From Paraspadella gotoi (lineage: Eukaryota; Animalia; Chaetognatha), in assembly GCA_051294375.1 (NCBI GenBank), contig CM119263.1, forward strand, positions 26,436,558 through 26,500,557: a DNA stretch of 64,000 nucleotides, read 5' to 3'. Under the pieces are notes generated by a model. It did no database searches and was not told where the DNA came from. It saw nothing but the letters and a program-made list of their open reading frames with translations. Below are positions 39,937-52,970 of this stretch, piece by piece; within the stretch, counting starts at the first letter, position 1, and every line of letters begins with the position of its first letter. The translations under genes were made by a program, and so were the position numbers.

Positions 39937-41254
39937 CCAAGTGAAATAAAAAAGAAAATAAAAAGATGGGAATATTGAGATCTCGCCCGCATGTTAAACG
40001 GAGAAAAGGTTCGAGTTGGAGGCGACGAACAAATCAGTGGAAGAAGAAGGAGACGATTCCAAAGCATTTTCAATAAGAAAGGAGAGAAGAAGAGAAGGAG
40101 AGAAGAGAATTTAAAAAAAGAAGTGACGAGAATAGAACATAAGAAGAAGAAAGAGGTGTGAGAAGAGAGGAAAGAGAAAAGACAAAAAAAAGCTGCAGAA
40201 GGGAAAATGCAAAGAAAATTAATTATTAAACTTAGAAAAGATAAGATTGAGATAATAGTAAACGAGACAAAGAACTAAATTACGTTTGAGTTCGTTGCTT
40301 TAACTTTAAGGACATCTCAATGCACAAGAGGTTTAATATTGATAAAAATTCTTTGTGGGATTGATTTTAATCATGTCAATCGATTAAACATGAATGCTAA
40401 AGTTTATCCTCCACAATTTGAAAGAGACATTGGGATGCAGCTCTTTTTTCTTCGATGTCTGGGAGACGTTGCAATGTTCCCTTGATTCTCTCGGAGATTT
40501 TCATGACAAACAATTTTTAAAAACTCAAATTTTTCTTCTCCAAGATTTTTAAAGTCTTTGCAGGCCGCTGATGCAATTAATTGAAGGGTGGATCCTATTA
40601 AGATGCATGAACGGAAGAACGCGTTGGGAGAGCATCTAACTTATGTTTAAGATTGATTTCCCCTCGAGGCGACAACCGAGCAATACAGGCTCTTTCAACA
40701 AATGTCTCGTCAATCGTAGACATTTTTTTTTTTATTGAAACCTCGACTCGGCAACATCCTGCGCAGGCTCTCTTAAGAATTTATTTTAGCATCGAATATT
40801 TATATTGTTAGTGCAAACTAATTTCCAGTTCGAGATTTATATCAGTTTTAAAGACACGAGTAAATACGCAAGTAATGAAGAGAAAAAGATATAAAGAAAA
40901 AAAGTAATAATTATGTCATTTATTAAAAAAATATTTCCACAAGAAGATTTCGGTTTACTAACCGGTCGCGCTCCAACAACAATCAATAAAATACAAAAAC
41001 TCCACTGTTTATCTTCCCTCTCACTCTTTCATAACCCGATCGGACCTCTTCGCCTCCGTAGAAAAGCCGGTTCCTGGTTTTCAAAGGCCGGACCCGCGTG
41101 AAAAAAATTGTCTGGAAGATATTAAACTCATCAAGCCTCTGACCTTCATTCCATATTTGGCAACCATCCGACGCGCGACCATTTTTCATCCTTTGGGTCT
41201 GAGATGAGGCTGTTGATACTGAGATAACTCGTTCCGTTAAAAAGGGGGAAACGG

Positions 41255-41560
41255 GATGGAGTGGAGGTGGGTAGAAGGTAGAGGGGTGGAGGGGTGGAGG
41301 AGTGAGGGGTGGAAGGTAGAGGGGTGAAAGGGGTTGGAGGAGGGGTGGAAGGTAGAGGGGTGGATGGTGTGGAGGGGTGAAGGGGGTGAAAGTTAAGGGG
41401 TGGGAGGGGGGGAGGGGTGGAAGTAGAGGGGTGGAGGGGGTGGAGGGGCTGAAAAGTAGAGGGGTGGAGGTGTGGAGGTGTGAAAGTAGAGTGTGTGGTA
41501 GGTGTGAAAGGTAGATGTGTGGAGGGGTAGAGGGGTGAAGGGGTGGGAGACGGTAGGGGA
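41255..41560 (+). repeat. G-rich low-complexity tract (ggaggggtggaaggtagagggg), duplicated at ~48384-48600
   Basis: Seen directly; many G4 runs. Confidence 0.85.
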
Positions 41561-42706
41561 GAAGGGGGAGAAGAGAGAAGAGACGAGGGGAGAGGGAAAG
41601 GGAGAAGGAAAAAGACGGAAAGTGAAAGGAAAGTTTGTTTGAATAGAAAAATAACGTTTTTTTATTACTGATCATCAAATCAGGGACTGAATTAACATAA
41701 ACCACTATAAAAAATACTTAGAAGACCAAGAGCAAGAGAATAAAATATTTTTCAATAGGTTAAAGGAGAAAAAAAAAATGAACAAGAATTAATAAAATTA
41801 ATAATGGAATTTTCTTGCACAGGCTTTGTAGATTAAACTATCACTTAAGAACCTATTTTTTTCACCATAAATATACTTTGACTATATATCGTGATCAGGA
41901 AGCCAATTGAAAGACGAGGACGCCAACAAACAACGACGACGACGACGAAGAAGACGACGAACGACGACGCCCCCAAAAAAAGGTTTTATTTCTTTTTACT
42001 CGTTAACGTTACTTCTTCCTTCCCCAGTTGCTCTTCCTACTGGAAGACTCCCGGCCCATGCCTAAAAGTACTGGGAGACAATAACCACCCCTTCTTAAGG
42101 GTCTACACGGCCTAACCCCTCCACTCGGTCCGGCCACCCGTCCGACTTTCCCGCAGCTCTGACCCCCCTGGCTCCCGCACCCTCCAGGCTTCCAACCCCG
42201 ATCCAAACTGTAAAACCGGTCCCTGGACGCTCGCTAATTTCGTTCCCTCCGTCGATTCCGTCATGGAGATTCTCCAGTTTGGATCAAGTTGTTGTTTGTT
42301 GTCATTGTCGTTCGGAGCCATCGAAGACTTATACTCACATAGAATCTCGCCTCGCAACTTCGAGACGACAATAAGCCGAAGCTATTTCCCCAACCGACGA
42401 CGCCACGTGCCGTCGACCGTGTTGTCTACTGTTTTAAGATCTCGAAGATGAAACCATAGGAGTGTTCGGTCCTATAAGGACGGAGAAAGGCTGCAATTAA
42501 GCCAAAGAGAATCGCCAGCGAATTTCTTATCTCAAGTTTCTTCGCTTTCGCGTGGGAGAGAGAAAGGCGGGCCGGGCCAAGGATCGGCAGGACAGGGTTT
42601 CCCTTCCGTCGGGTCCGCAAGGCGAAGGTGTTGGGGTTCAGTTGCTCTATCTGTTGAAAAGTCATATTTTGGGGATGTTTTTTGTCTCTCTCTTCTATAT
42701 CTGTTG

Positions 42707-42741
<35 letters not shown>

Positions 42742-45700
42742 TCTCTCTCTCTTTCATCTCCTTCCCTCTCGTCTCTCCTTCCGTCGCTCCGGTTCCTCCA
42801 TCGAGAGAGAAAGAGAGAGAGGAAAAATTTCGGATCCGGAAAAAGGTCTCGGCACCGGAATTGCCTTTTTCGCCGGACGGCGTCTCGGCCCCGCGCTCGA
42901 TGCGCGTCGTAAAAACAGGGAGAGGGAATCGAGAATCAGGCCTTTTACGACCCCGGGCCGCTTTTTGCGTCTCTGCGCCGGGAAGGGGTGGCGGGACAGC
43001 GGCATGAGGGACGTCAGTGTGGTTACTGGAGAACACAATGCGTTGAAATAACTGCTTTACTGCGCAAGTTTAAAGTAAGTTTAACTCCGGATCATTTCTA
43101 AAGTGTGACCGTGTGTGAAGAAGAAAGAAAAAAGAGTGCGCCATAAATACGACCGAATGACACCTTAATTCTTTCAAAATTGTGCCCAGGAGAGTGCAAA
43201 GACTTTAGCCGGGATTGTATCGGAGCGGAATTGTGGCCAAACTTTGCCGAAAACCTCGTCGGGATTGCGCCTGAACTGCGCCACGAAAATCCGCGGCGTC
43301 CTCCGCCACTTATTCGTTCTCCTTTTAAAGCCTTCGAGGCCACGTGAGGGAACTGATGGATGGCGCCGGGTTAAGTCGTCTCAGATATTCATTCCCTTTT
43401 GCGCCTAATGCATATTACAGTGATACAGTGAAACAGATTTTGATCTTGATTTAATCCATATTTCTGTTTATCTTTCTTTTTCTTATTCCTTTTAATATTA
43501 GTTTTCTTTGCGTCTATTCTTTATTTTTCTTTTCCTTTTAATCTTCACTTTCACTCGGCTCAATTTTTTTTTTCTTATCTCCCTATTTCTCTTTTCTTTC
43601 CTCCATGTTTGTTTCCGCCATCTTCAAACAGATGATCTACTACGCTCACAACACCAAAACCTCCCCCCTCCTACCCACGCAGAATAAAAAAAAGAAAAAA
43701 AGAAAAGAAATTCCGTCGGTTCCCGTGGTTTTCGTTCTTGTTTCTCCCCCCCCCTTTTGTTTAGCGTTACTCTTTTCTTCATGAACTCCGGTCCGAGTTT
43801 CGTCTTCACACTACCACACTTCATACTCACCCACTCGTGCGATCACCGTCCGATAATAAAAGGTATTGCTAACATTCACCACTAGATTACACCACCAGGG
43901 TCCACCGTCCCGTGACAACTCACAACCCTACCAAAACTATTCTCGGCCGCCTGTACCGGACCGCTCCCCTATAATGGCGCGTCACCCCCTACTCCTAGCA
44001 AAACACCGCTCCTACTCTACTCCAAAATTCCACAAAGCTCCACCTCTTATTCCGCTCCTACACCCATCCCCTTCGCGCTACCCGCGCAACCCGATTCCAG
44101 TGGGAAAAAAAATTCTGTCTGCATCCTTCGTTCGAAGAGCACGTGAGTTTGGTTCCAAGTTCCGCGTCGACGCATCCTTCTCTCTCCTCATCTTCTCGAA
44201 TCTTTCTCTGATACTCTGGCTCTTACCTCCTCTCTTCCTACTCATCTCTCTTCTTCTCTCTTATCTCCTATCTCTCTCATCCTCTCTCTCTCCCTGGACA
44301 CACGGTTAGAACGCATCCCTTTTAGACACTCGCCATTTCTTTTCTCGTTTCTTTCCTTTTCAATCTTTCTTTTTTTCTCTTCTCACGTTTTTTCATCCTT
44401 TATTTATTTTTTATTACTTATTGTTTCTTTTTTTTTTCTTTTTACTTTCCTCCCTTTTCATTTTCGACTTCGACTCTTTACGTCTTCACTTGTTCACTTA
44501 TTCTGTGAAAACTTTCTCATTTTATTCATTATCAATTTATTATTTTTCACTTTCTTCTTTTCATTATCCTTTTATATTCCATATTTCATTTCTTTTTCTT
44601 TTCTTTTCTTTCATCAACTCATTTGTTTTTCTTTGTTCTCGTCTTTTTTTTCTTTCATCGGAGAAAAGAATCTCCGTTTTTTTCTTTAAAACAAAGATTA
44701 CGTCATAATCTTTTGTTTCACATTCCAGATTATCAGTGAGCTCGTTTCTTGTTATTGTGTCGAGGTCCTGATCGCTTGTCGTCGTCGTCGTCGTCGTGAC
44801 CGAGATCGTCGTCCTCACCGTGTTTGTCTTCTTCGTCGTTGTCGTTGTTGTCATTGGCAAAAAAAAAAAGCAAACCCATTGTTGGGATTTTTTCCTCACT
44901 TTTTTGGTATAAATAAAATGCGGAACAAAAATGTCATCGGTCGTATTTTCCCTTCCGCTCTATTACTCGCGAGTCAAGGGTTTGGTTTGTAGAAGAAGAA
45001 GACGACGACGACGACGACGACGACGACCAAGGCGAAAACAACAACACTAACAATAGGAGAGCGCCAACAACAAAACACCAATCTCGTCGTCTGATTCGAT
45101 TTTATCGGAAACGAGTAAAGAGTTTTTCCGCCGCCACCGACGACGACGACGACGATGACGACGACGACGACGGCCCAAAAAGCCAAAGAATAAAAAAGCG
45201 GGCGAAATGGAGAAAGAGTGAGAAATGATGGCGGCAGTTATGCGACCAATAAAACGTTATCGACACAGAAAGACCCTTTTTTCGAGAAAAAATAAATTCC
45301 GATCGAGTTAGGAAAGCGCCGTTGCAATGTTTTTTTATAATTTATTTTCATTTTTTATCATCGAGTTTATTATTAGTTGTTTTTTTTTTAAACGCAAATA
45401 TCGAAACGATTCGATTGCCTTTTTGGTTTTTTCGATGAAAACGATTTTTTTTTAAACACAGATTTCGTTTAAATTTTCCCGAGCGTCGTTTGCAACGGGA
45501 AAATCAATTAAATTTTTTTCGCCGGAACCGATTTAGGTTCTTGAATTTTCTGGCCTGGATTCTAGGTTTTGCTGGGAACTTAAAGTGCTAAATTTTCCGA
45601 GGGATTTAAAATGGCGGCATCTGCATTGAGACTTGTAAGGACGCCGTCGTCTTAATCGGTCTCGAACGCGTAGACATTCCTTGTTTCGCTTAGCCATAAC

Positions 45701-46532
45701 TTGCGACGTAAACAAACGCTTACCTTTTAGACTCCGACTCTCACCCAACTCTCCCACCCCCCTCCATTTACCATTTACCAACCACCAATTTCCCCCAATC
45801 ACGGAACTTTTCCACCTAAGCGACGATACGAATTGGATTCTTAACCCAAGCGACATTTTGAAAGGCTCAACCAAATGCCCCGACGTCCCATCTGTCTCAA
45901 CTTTTAAATTTCCCCCAAACCTTTACCTCTTCGCACCGATCATTTCAGTGCAGCTCGATGAGGGCTGATAACTTGATTGTTAGTCTTCCTTTGGAAATCG
46001 TGATCCCAATTAGAGAATCTAGCATTAATAAATTCATTATCCCTTAAACTTCTCTCCTTTTCTCCCTTTCCTTTTTCGTCACTCTCTCCCTTTCTCTCCT
46101 TTTTCCTCCACCTTTAAAACTTCCTCCACCGCACCTGAGTTCCGAGATTTCGTGTCTCCTCCTCTTCCTCTTCCTCCTCCTCCTCCTCCTCTTTATGGTT
46201 ACAAGTATTCCCCTAGCGTCACTAAAGCCTCGAAAGATGGAGCAGCCCTCGCTCGTACGAGAAACCTTCCTCCTTCAAGTTGCCTAGCAACGACGACGAC
46301 GACGAAAACAACAACGGTATTGCTAAAGACGAAGGCGACGACCACAAAGACGACGATACTATCATCTCGGTAAATCACAAGGACAGAGATAGAGACGGTT
46401 ATAGCGTTATTGATTAGAAAAGGTAAAGCCAAACATTTTCTCAATCTTAAACGTAATAATAATAATAAAGGATAATTGATAATGATTGATAAGAATTGAT
46501 AATATTATTTATATTGATAATTGGTTATTTAA

Positions 46533-46775
46533 TCAAGAAAACACAAAATAATCAAATAGAAACAAAACCTGAAACAATGGAACAATAGAAACAAAGCCAA
46601 CAATCGCAATTCGCGAGGATAATCGAAGATCTGAGATCCAAGAAGTGGGCGGGCGAGACGCCGCCCGCAGCCGCCGCCCCCACCAGCCGCCGCCGCGTCC
46701 GCCAGCCGCTGCCGCCGTCGAGAAAGTGGAGATGATACCGATAAGAATAACAAAGGAGAAGAGAAGAGATGACAT
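46533..46775 (-). CDS. Small putative secreted/membrane peptide ORF, 80 aa (MSSLLFSFVILIGIISTFSTAAAAGGRGGGWWGRRLRAAS...), copy B
   Basis: Signal-peptide-like N-terminus is the same in both duplicate copies; lies immediately downstream of an E-box array and a TATA-like element. The frame after the Ala run is uncertain because the copies disagree. Confidence 0.35.
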   Translation of the reverse strand: MSSLLFSFVILIGIISTFSTAAAAGGRGGGWWGRRLRAASRPPTSWISDLRLSSRIAIVGFVSIVPLFQVLFLFDYFVFS

Positions 46776-46798
46776 CGGGGGATTTGACGTGGGAAGAA

Positions 46799-46888
46799 TC
46801 ACGTGACTCGGTGAACCGTCACGTGATATATAGAAAACCTCACGTGACTTGGAAAACTTCACGTGACTCTCGGAGAAGCGTCACGTGA
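46799..46888. promoter_or_regulatory. Array of five TCACGTGA E-box/CLEAR-like palindromes, ~20-bp spacing, with a TATA-like element at 46826-46832
   Basis: TCACGTGA starts at 46799, 46819, 46840, 46859 and 46881, with non-identical spacers. Confidence 0.75.
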
Positions 46889-46970
46889 TCCGTCAAATCG
46901 CCAGGGAAACGACGGGAAGGAGCATTCACGTCGGAGAAGGAAAAAGACAATGAGACGAGAAGGAATGGAA

Positions 46971-47079
<109 letters not shown>

Positions 47080-50000
47080 CCAAGTGAAATAAAAAAGAAA
47101 TAAAAAAGGATATTGAGATCTCCCGCATGTTAACGAGAAAAGGTTCGAGTTGGAGGCGACGAAACAAATCCGTGGAAGAAGAAGGAGACGATTCCAAACA
47201 TTTTAAAAGATAGAGAGAAGAAGAGAAGGAGAGAAGAGAATTTAAAAAAAGAGAAGTGACGAGAATAGAACATAAGAGAAGAAAGAGGATGTGAGAAAGA
47301 GAGGAAAAGAAAAGACAAAAAAAAGCTGCAGAAGGGAAAATGCAAAGAAAATTAATTATTAAACTAGAAAAGATAAGATGAGATAAGAGTAAACGAGACA
47401 AAGAACTAATTACGTTTGATGTCGTTGCTTTAACTTTAAGGACATCTCATGCACAAGAAGGTTAATATTGATTAAAAATTCTTTGTGGGATTATTTTAAT
47501 CATTTAACAATAAGTTAAGACTTAGATAAGGCGACTCGATTAAAACATGAATGCTAAAGTTTATTCTCCACAATTTGCAAGAGACATTGGGATGCAGCTC
47601 TTTTTTCTTCGAGTCTGGGAGACGTTGCATGTTCCTTGATTCTCTCGAGATTTTCATGACAACAATTTTAAAAACTCAAATGTTTTCTTCTCCAAGATTT
47701 TAAAGTCTTTGCAGCCGCTGATGCAATAAATGAAGGGTTGGATCCTTTAAGAGGCATGAACGACAGAACGCGTTGGGAGAGCTATCTAACTTATGTTTAA
47801 GATTGATTTCCCTCGAGGCGACACCGAGACAATACAGCTTCTTTCACAGATGTCTCGTCAATCGTAGACATTTTTTTTTTATTGAAACCTCGACTCGGCA
47901 ACATCTGCCAGGCTCTCTTAAGAATTTATTTTACATCGAATATTTATATTGTTAGTGCAAATAATTCCAGTCGAGATTTAATATCAGTTTTAAACGAGTA
48001 AATACGCAATAATGAAGAGAAAAGATATAAAGAAAAAAAAAGTAATAATTATTCATTTATTAAAAATTTTCCACAAGAAGATTTCGGTTTACTAACCGGT
48101 CGCCTCCAACACAATACAATAAAATTCAAAAACTCAACTTTTCATCTCCCTCTCACTCTTTCACCCCATCACCCTTCGCCTCCGAGAAAAGCCGGTCTGG
48201 TTTTCAAGGCCGACCCGCGTGAAAAATTGTCTGGAGATATTAAACTCATCAAGCCTCGACTTCATTCCATATTTGGCAACCATCCCGACGCGCCGACCAT
48301 TTTTCATCCTTTGGGTCTGAGAAAAAATGAGGGCTTTGATACTGAGATAACTCGTTTCCGTTAAAAAGGGGGAAAAACGGGATGGGTAGAGGGTGGGTAG
48401 AAGGTAGAGGGGTGAAGGGGTGGATGGGGAGGGTGAGGGGTGAAGGTAGAGGGGTGGAAAGGGGTTGGAGGAGGGGTGAAAGGTAGGGGGTGAGGGTGTG
48501 AGGGTGTGATAAAGGTAGATGTGTGGAGGGTGGAGGGTGTGAAAGGTAATGTGTGGAGGGGTGGAGGGTGTGAAAAGGTAGGGGAGAGGGGGAGAAGAGA
48601 GAAGAGACGAGGGGAGGAGGGAAAGGGAGAAGGAAAAAAGACGGAAAGTAAAGGAAAGTTTGTTGAAAGAAAAATAAACGTTTTTTTATTACTATCATCA
48701 AACAGGACTGATTAACATAACCACTATAAAAATACTTAGAAGACCAAGAGCAAGAAGAATAAAATATTTTTCAATAGGTTAAAGGAGAAAAATAAATGAA
48801 CAAAATTAATAAAATTAATAATGGAATTTTCTTGCACAGGCTTTGTAGATTATAACAATCAGCTTAGAACCTATTTTTTTCACCGTAAAATACTTTGACT
48901 CTATATCATGATAGGAAGCCACATTAGGATACGATGAAGACGAGGACGCCAACAACGACGACGACGACGAAGAAGACGACGACGACGACGCCCCCAAAAA
49001 AGGTTTTATTTCTTTTCTCGTTAACTTACTTTCTTCCTTCCCCAGTTGCTCTTCCTACTGGAAGACTCCGGCCCATCCTAAAACGTACTGGGAGACAATA
49101 ACCCCTTCTTAATCTACAGGCCTAACCCCCCCTCCCCCACCCGGTCCGGCCCACCCCGACTTTCCCGGGCTCTGACCCCCCTGGCTCCGACCCTCCAGGC
49201 TCCAACCCCGATCCAAACTGTAAACCGGTCCCTGGACGCTCGCTAATTTCGTTTCCCTCCGTCGATTCGTCATGGAGATTCTCCCAGTTTGGATCCGTTG
49301 TTGTTGTTGTCATTGTCGTTCGGAGCCTCGAGACTATCTTCAAAATACTCAGCATAGAATCCGCCTAGAACTCGAGACGACAATAGCCGAAGCTATTTCC
49401 CCAAACCGACGACGCCACCGTCGGTCGACGTTGTTCTACTGTTTAGATCTCGAGATGAAACCATAGGAGGGTTCGGCCTATAACGGAGGAGAAGGCCTCA
49501 ATTAAGCCAAAGAGAATCCCAGCGAATTTCTTATCTCAAGTTTCTTCGCTTCGCGTGGGAGAGAGAAAGGCGGGGCCGGGCAAGGATCGGNNNNNNNNNN
49601 NNNNNNNNNNNNNNNCATGGAGAGAGGAGGGAGGGAAAGGGGGGGGAAGGGGGGGGGGAAGAAGGGAGGGGAGGAGAGAGAAGGGGGCGGGCAAGGATCG
49701 GCAGTGGACAGGGTTTCTTCCGTCGGGTCGCAAGGCGAGGTGTGGGTTCAGTTGCTCTATCTGTTGAATCATATTTTGGGGACTGTTTTTTGTCTCTACT
49801 CTCTATATCTGTCTGGTCTCCTCTCTCTCTCTCTCTCTCTCTCCTCTCCTCTCTCTCGCTTTCACTCCTTCCCCTTTCCTCCCACCATCGATCAACAAAT
49901 CGCGCCTTTCCGACGATTTCTTTGGCGCGAATCCTCCAAAATCCCTCGTATTTCTTTTCGGTCCGCCGCCACAGCCTCCAATTCCCATCACGGCTCCGCC

Positions 50001-51093
50001 ACTGCCAAAAGTGCACCGCCGCCGCCGCTGCCCGCCGCCGCTGCTGTCACCATCGCTACATCCGCAGCCGCCGTCGCTTTCTTATCGTTTCTGCTGGCGC
50101 TTTTTGGCCACGTAATTTGGGTGTTGAGAGCGCCTGTCCTCCATTATGTTCGAGCTAAATTTTGTTTTATGTTTATCGGTACAGATCCGTTGTTTTAGCA
50201 GTGTTTTTTTTATCGCCGACGATGATAGCGGACGCGTTTACAGACGTGACCAACCGGGGGGAGGTGGGGAGGGTGGTTTTGATGGGCATGGGGGGTTTTG
50301 GATGAAGGGGGAGGAGAATTCTGGAGGAGACGAGGAAGATTCCCGAAAGAACGGCGCGTCGATTTGCAGGCGCAACTTAGTGAGTTATTGGCATTTAGAG
50401 TAATTCATAAGCGAATGATTACACCTGTTCTCTCTCTCTCTCTCTCTGCTCTCTCATCTCTTCGTTGTTCATTTTTCACGATTCATTCTTTCTCTTTCTT
50501 CGTTCGTTTTTATTCGTTTATATCGTCATTCATTTTTTCCTTTTCCGACGAGTTTCGTCCCGACTCTGTCTTCACGCTTTAGCTCCATTTTTCGTCGCCA
50601 TTTTGAATTTGAACCTTGGATTATTGTTTCATCTCCTTAGTGAAGAGTGAAAGAACGTATATCAAACGTATATTGGGCTTCACTGAGACTGGGGATTGTA
50701 TATTTCGTCGCATTGCGGTATTCTTCAATTTAATTGGGTCAACGAGGTACATAATTAATGGGCTAGTTTCTGCAAGAGCCACGACATTATCTACCGTATA
50801 TCTTGGATGTGGAGTGGATCATGAATGATCGTGTGAAGGGCGATCCGATGACATGGAATTTTCAACGGGTAAGGAAACGGAGCAGCAGCCAAACTGGCGA
50901 CCGTGAATCTGGCAGCAGAGAATCACGCGGCGGCGAATCTCAGGCTCACAGTCTGAGCGGTGATGAATGGCGTGAAACCCGGTGACTGATGCGCGTGGGA
51001 TAAAATATGAGAAGGGACGGGGAGAGAGGAGGGGGAGAATGTGGAGAGAGGAGAGAGAGAGAGAGAGAGAGAGAGAAAGGGAGAGAGAGAAAG

Positions 51094-51138
<45 letters not shown>

Positions 51139-52669
51139 TGAGCCGAGAGGCAGATCGCAGAGGGGACAGAATCGGACAGATAGATAGAAATAAAAAGAAA
51201 AGAATAAAAAGATAGACCTAAAGACAGAGAGAGTTGGGTCGAAGAAAAAGTAAAAGAAAGAAAAAGGAAAGAAAAGGAAAAGAGGAATGAATTGAATAGA
51301 AAGTGGTGCGCAATAAAAAATGGCACTGAAAGAAAAAAGGGAAGGAGATATTAGAAGAGAAAAAAGGGAAAAAAAAGAAAAAATGGATAAAAAGGAAAAA
51401 ATAGGAGGAAATACACAGGATTTAAACGTGAAGAGAAATGGGACAGATTTTTTTTCTCTTTTTTTTTCAAATATCCGCACGATTTTTCATGCTCTTTAAA
51501 ATTTACTTATCTTAAATTTTTTTTTTTCCCGTTAGGCTTTTTGCTTTTGGAATAAGAAATTAAAATAATCGTAGAATTTTTTTTCTTACGCGTTGTTTAT
51601 CTTTTTATGTCTCTCTCTCTCTCTCTCATTCTCTTTCTCTCTCTCTCTCTCTCTCTTTCTTTCTCTCTCTCTCTTTCATTCTTTCTATCTTTCTTTCTTT
51701 CTTTTTTATTTTTTTCTTTCTTTCTTTATTTCTTTCTTTCTTTCTCTATTTTTTTTTCTTATTAAACCCAGTTTCCAACTATTTTTATTCAAAATAACTT
51801 GTTATTCTAATTTGCATATTGCAGTATGCGTGAAATGAGACAGTTATTGGTAATATTTGACAGACATGTTTAAGAAATTATGTTTCTGCTTTAGTATATA
51901 AACCAATTATTTTTTTCTCACAACATTTTAATTAAACCGACCAAAAAAAAATTTACCACAACCTATTAAGTGAAAAAAAATTACCAAGAGTTTTGGCGAT
52001 GATCGAAATTGTTGTCCTATGGTAAATACTTACATTATTGCTGCTCAATTAGACTTGTGGATATGGACTTGTGGCCTTCGACAAGGCCTTTATTTGAGAA
52101 GCTTCTTCCGTGAAGCTAAATAAATTAACAGGGTTTTTTCATTAACATATTCTTTCCTTATTTCCTTTTTTTTTTCTTAATTTTTTTCTTTACTTTTTTT
52201 CAAATTTATTTCTCTTTCTCAATCCCCGTCTCTCTCTCCGATTCCATTTGCGTTTTTTTCGCTTCTCCTCGGGTTTTGATTATGGAACCAGAATCTACGA
52301 ACTTTTTTCTTTCTCTCTTGAATTCAGAATCTAAATTATTTCTCCTCGGCACTCACCCTTCCTCGACCGAGTTCACATAATCACCTCGTTCATTCGCTGT
52401 CATTCTGTCATAATGACTTGATTCATTCCCCTGTATTAGTTCTTAATCGCCTGATTCAGTCACTGCCATAACTGTTGATGATATGAGGAAAGTTCTATTT
52501 GCAAAGGGGGGCGATGAAAAAGTAAAAAAACCGAATGAATGGAACTGACTGAACCACAATTCCTATTTAAATTGTAATATTAACGCAATAGAAGACATAT
52601 AGAAGACATAAAATTCTCCTATGACGCGAACAATATTTAACCCGAGTAATAAATTAAATAATGTATGAA

Positions 52670-52970
52670 ACAACGAGCGAGCGGGAACTTTTAAAAAACT
52701 GGCTCTGTCAAACCGATTAGGGAACGAACAAAAGAAACCTCTCGGTCCGTGACCCGCGGATCGAGCGATCCTGGCGACCGCCGACCGAACCAATCCATTT
52801 TTAATGAGGTTTTTCTTTCTCGTCCGGAACAATTGAACAACGGAGCGGGGACGAAAGAAAACGCGCAGTTGGAGACAGAGTAGCGAGGGCGATTCGCTGA
52901 GTCGGTAAGTTTCGTAAGTCACGTGACTCGGGTTTACGGGCGCATGCGCGCCGCGGGACGTGAAACGAGA
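52670..52970. promoter_or_regulatory. CpG-rich promoter-like island with perfect GTCACGTGAC (52918-52927) and NRF1-type GCGCATGCGC (52940-52949)
   Basis: Motifs seen directly; ~1.1 kb upstream of the CAP ATG; target gene unknown. Confidence 0.5.

Noticed and set aside
45609-45693. NGGICIETC as an EGF domain
   Set aside because: Cys spacing is incomplete and copy A differs.
46640-46690. CGRRLARPL (alternative frame) as an insulin B-chain
   Set aside because: The second B-chain Cys is absent and no A-chain CC..C...C was found nearby.
50616-50700. VKSERTYIKRI as a RhoGEF DH-domain start
   Set aside because: Only a short motif resemblance, with no downstream DH features.
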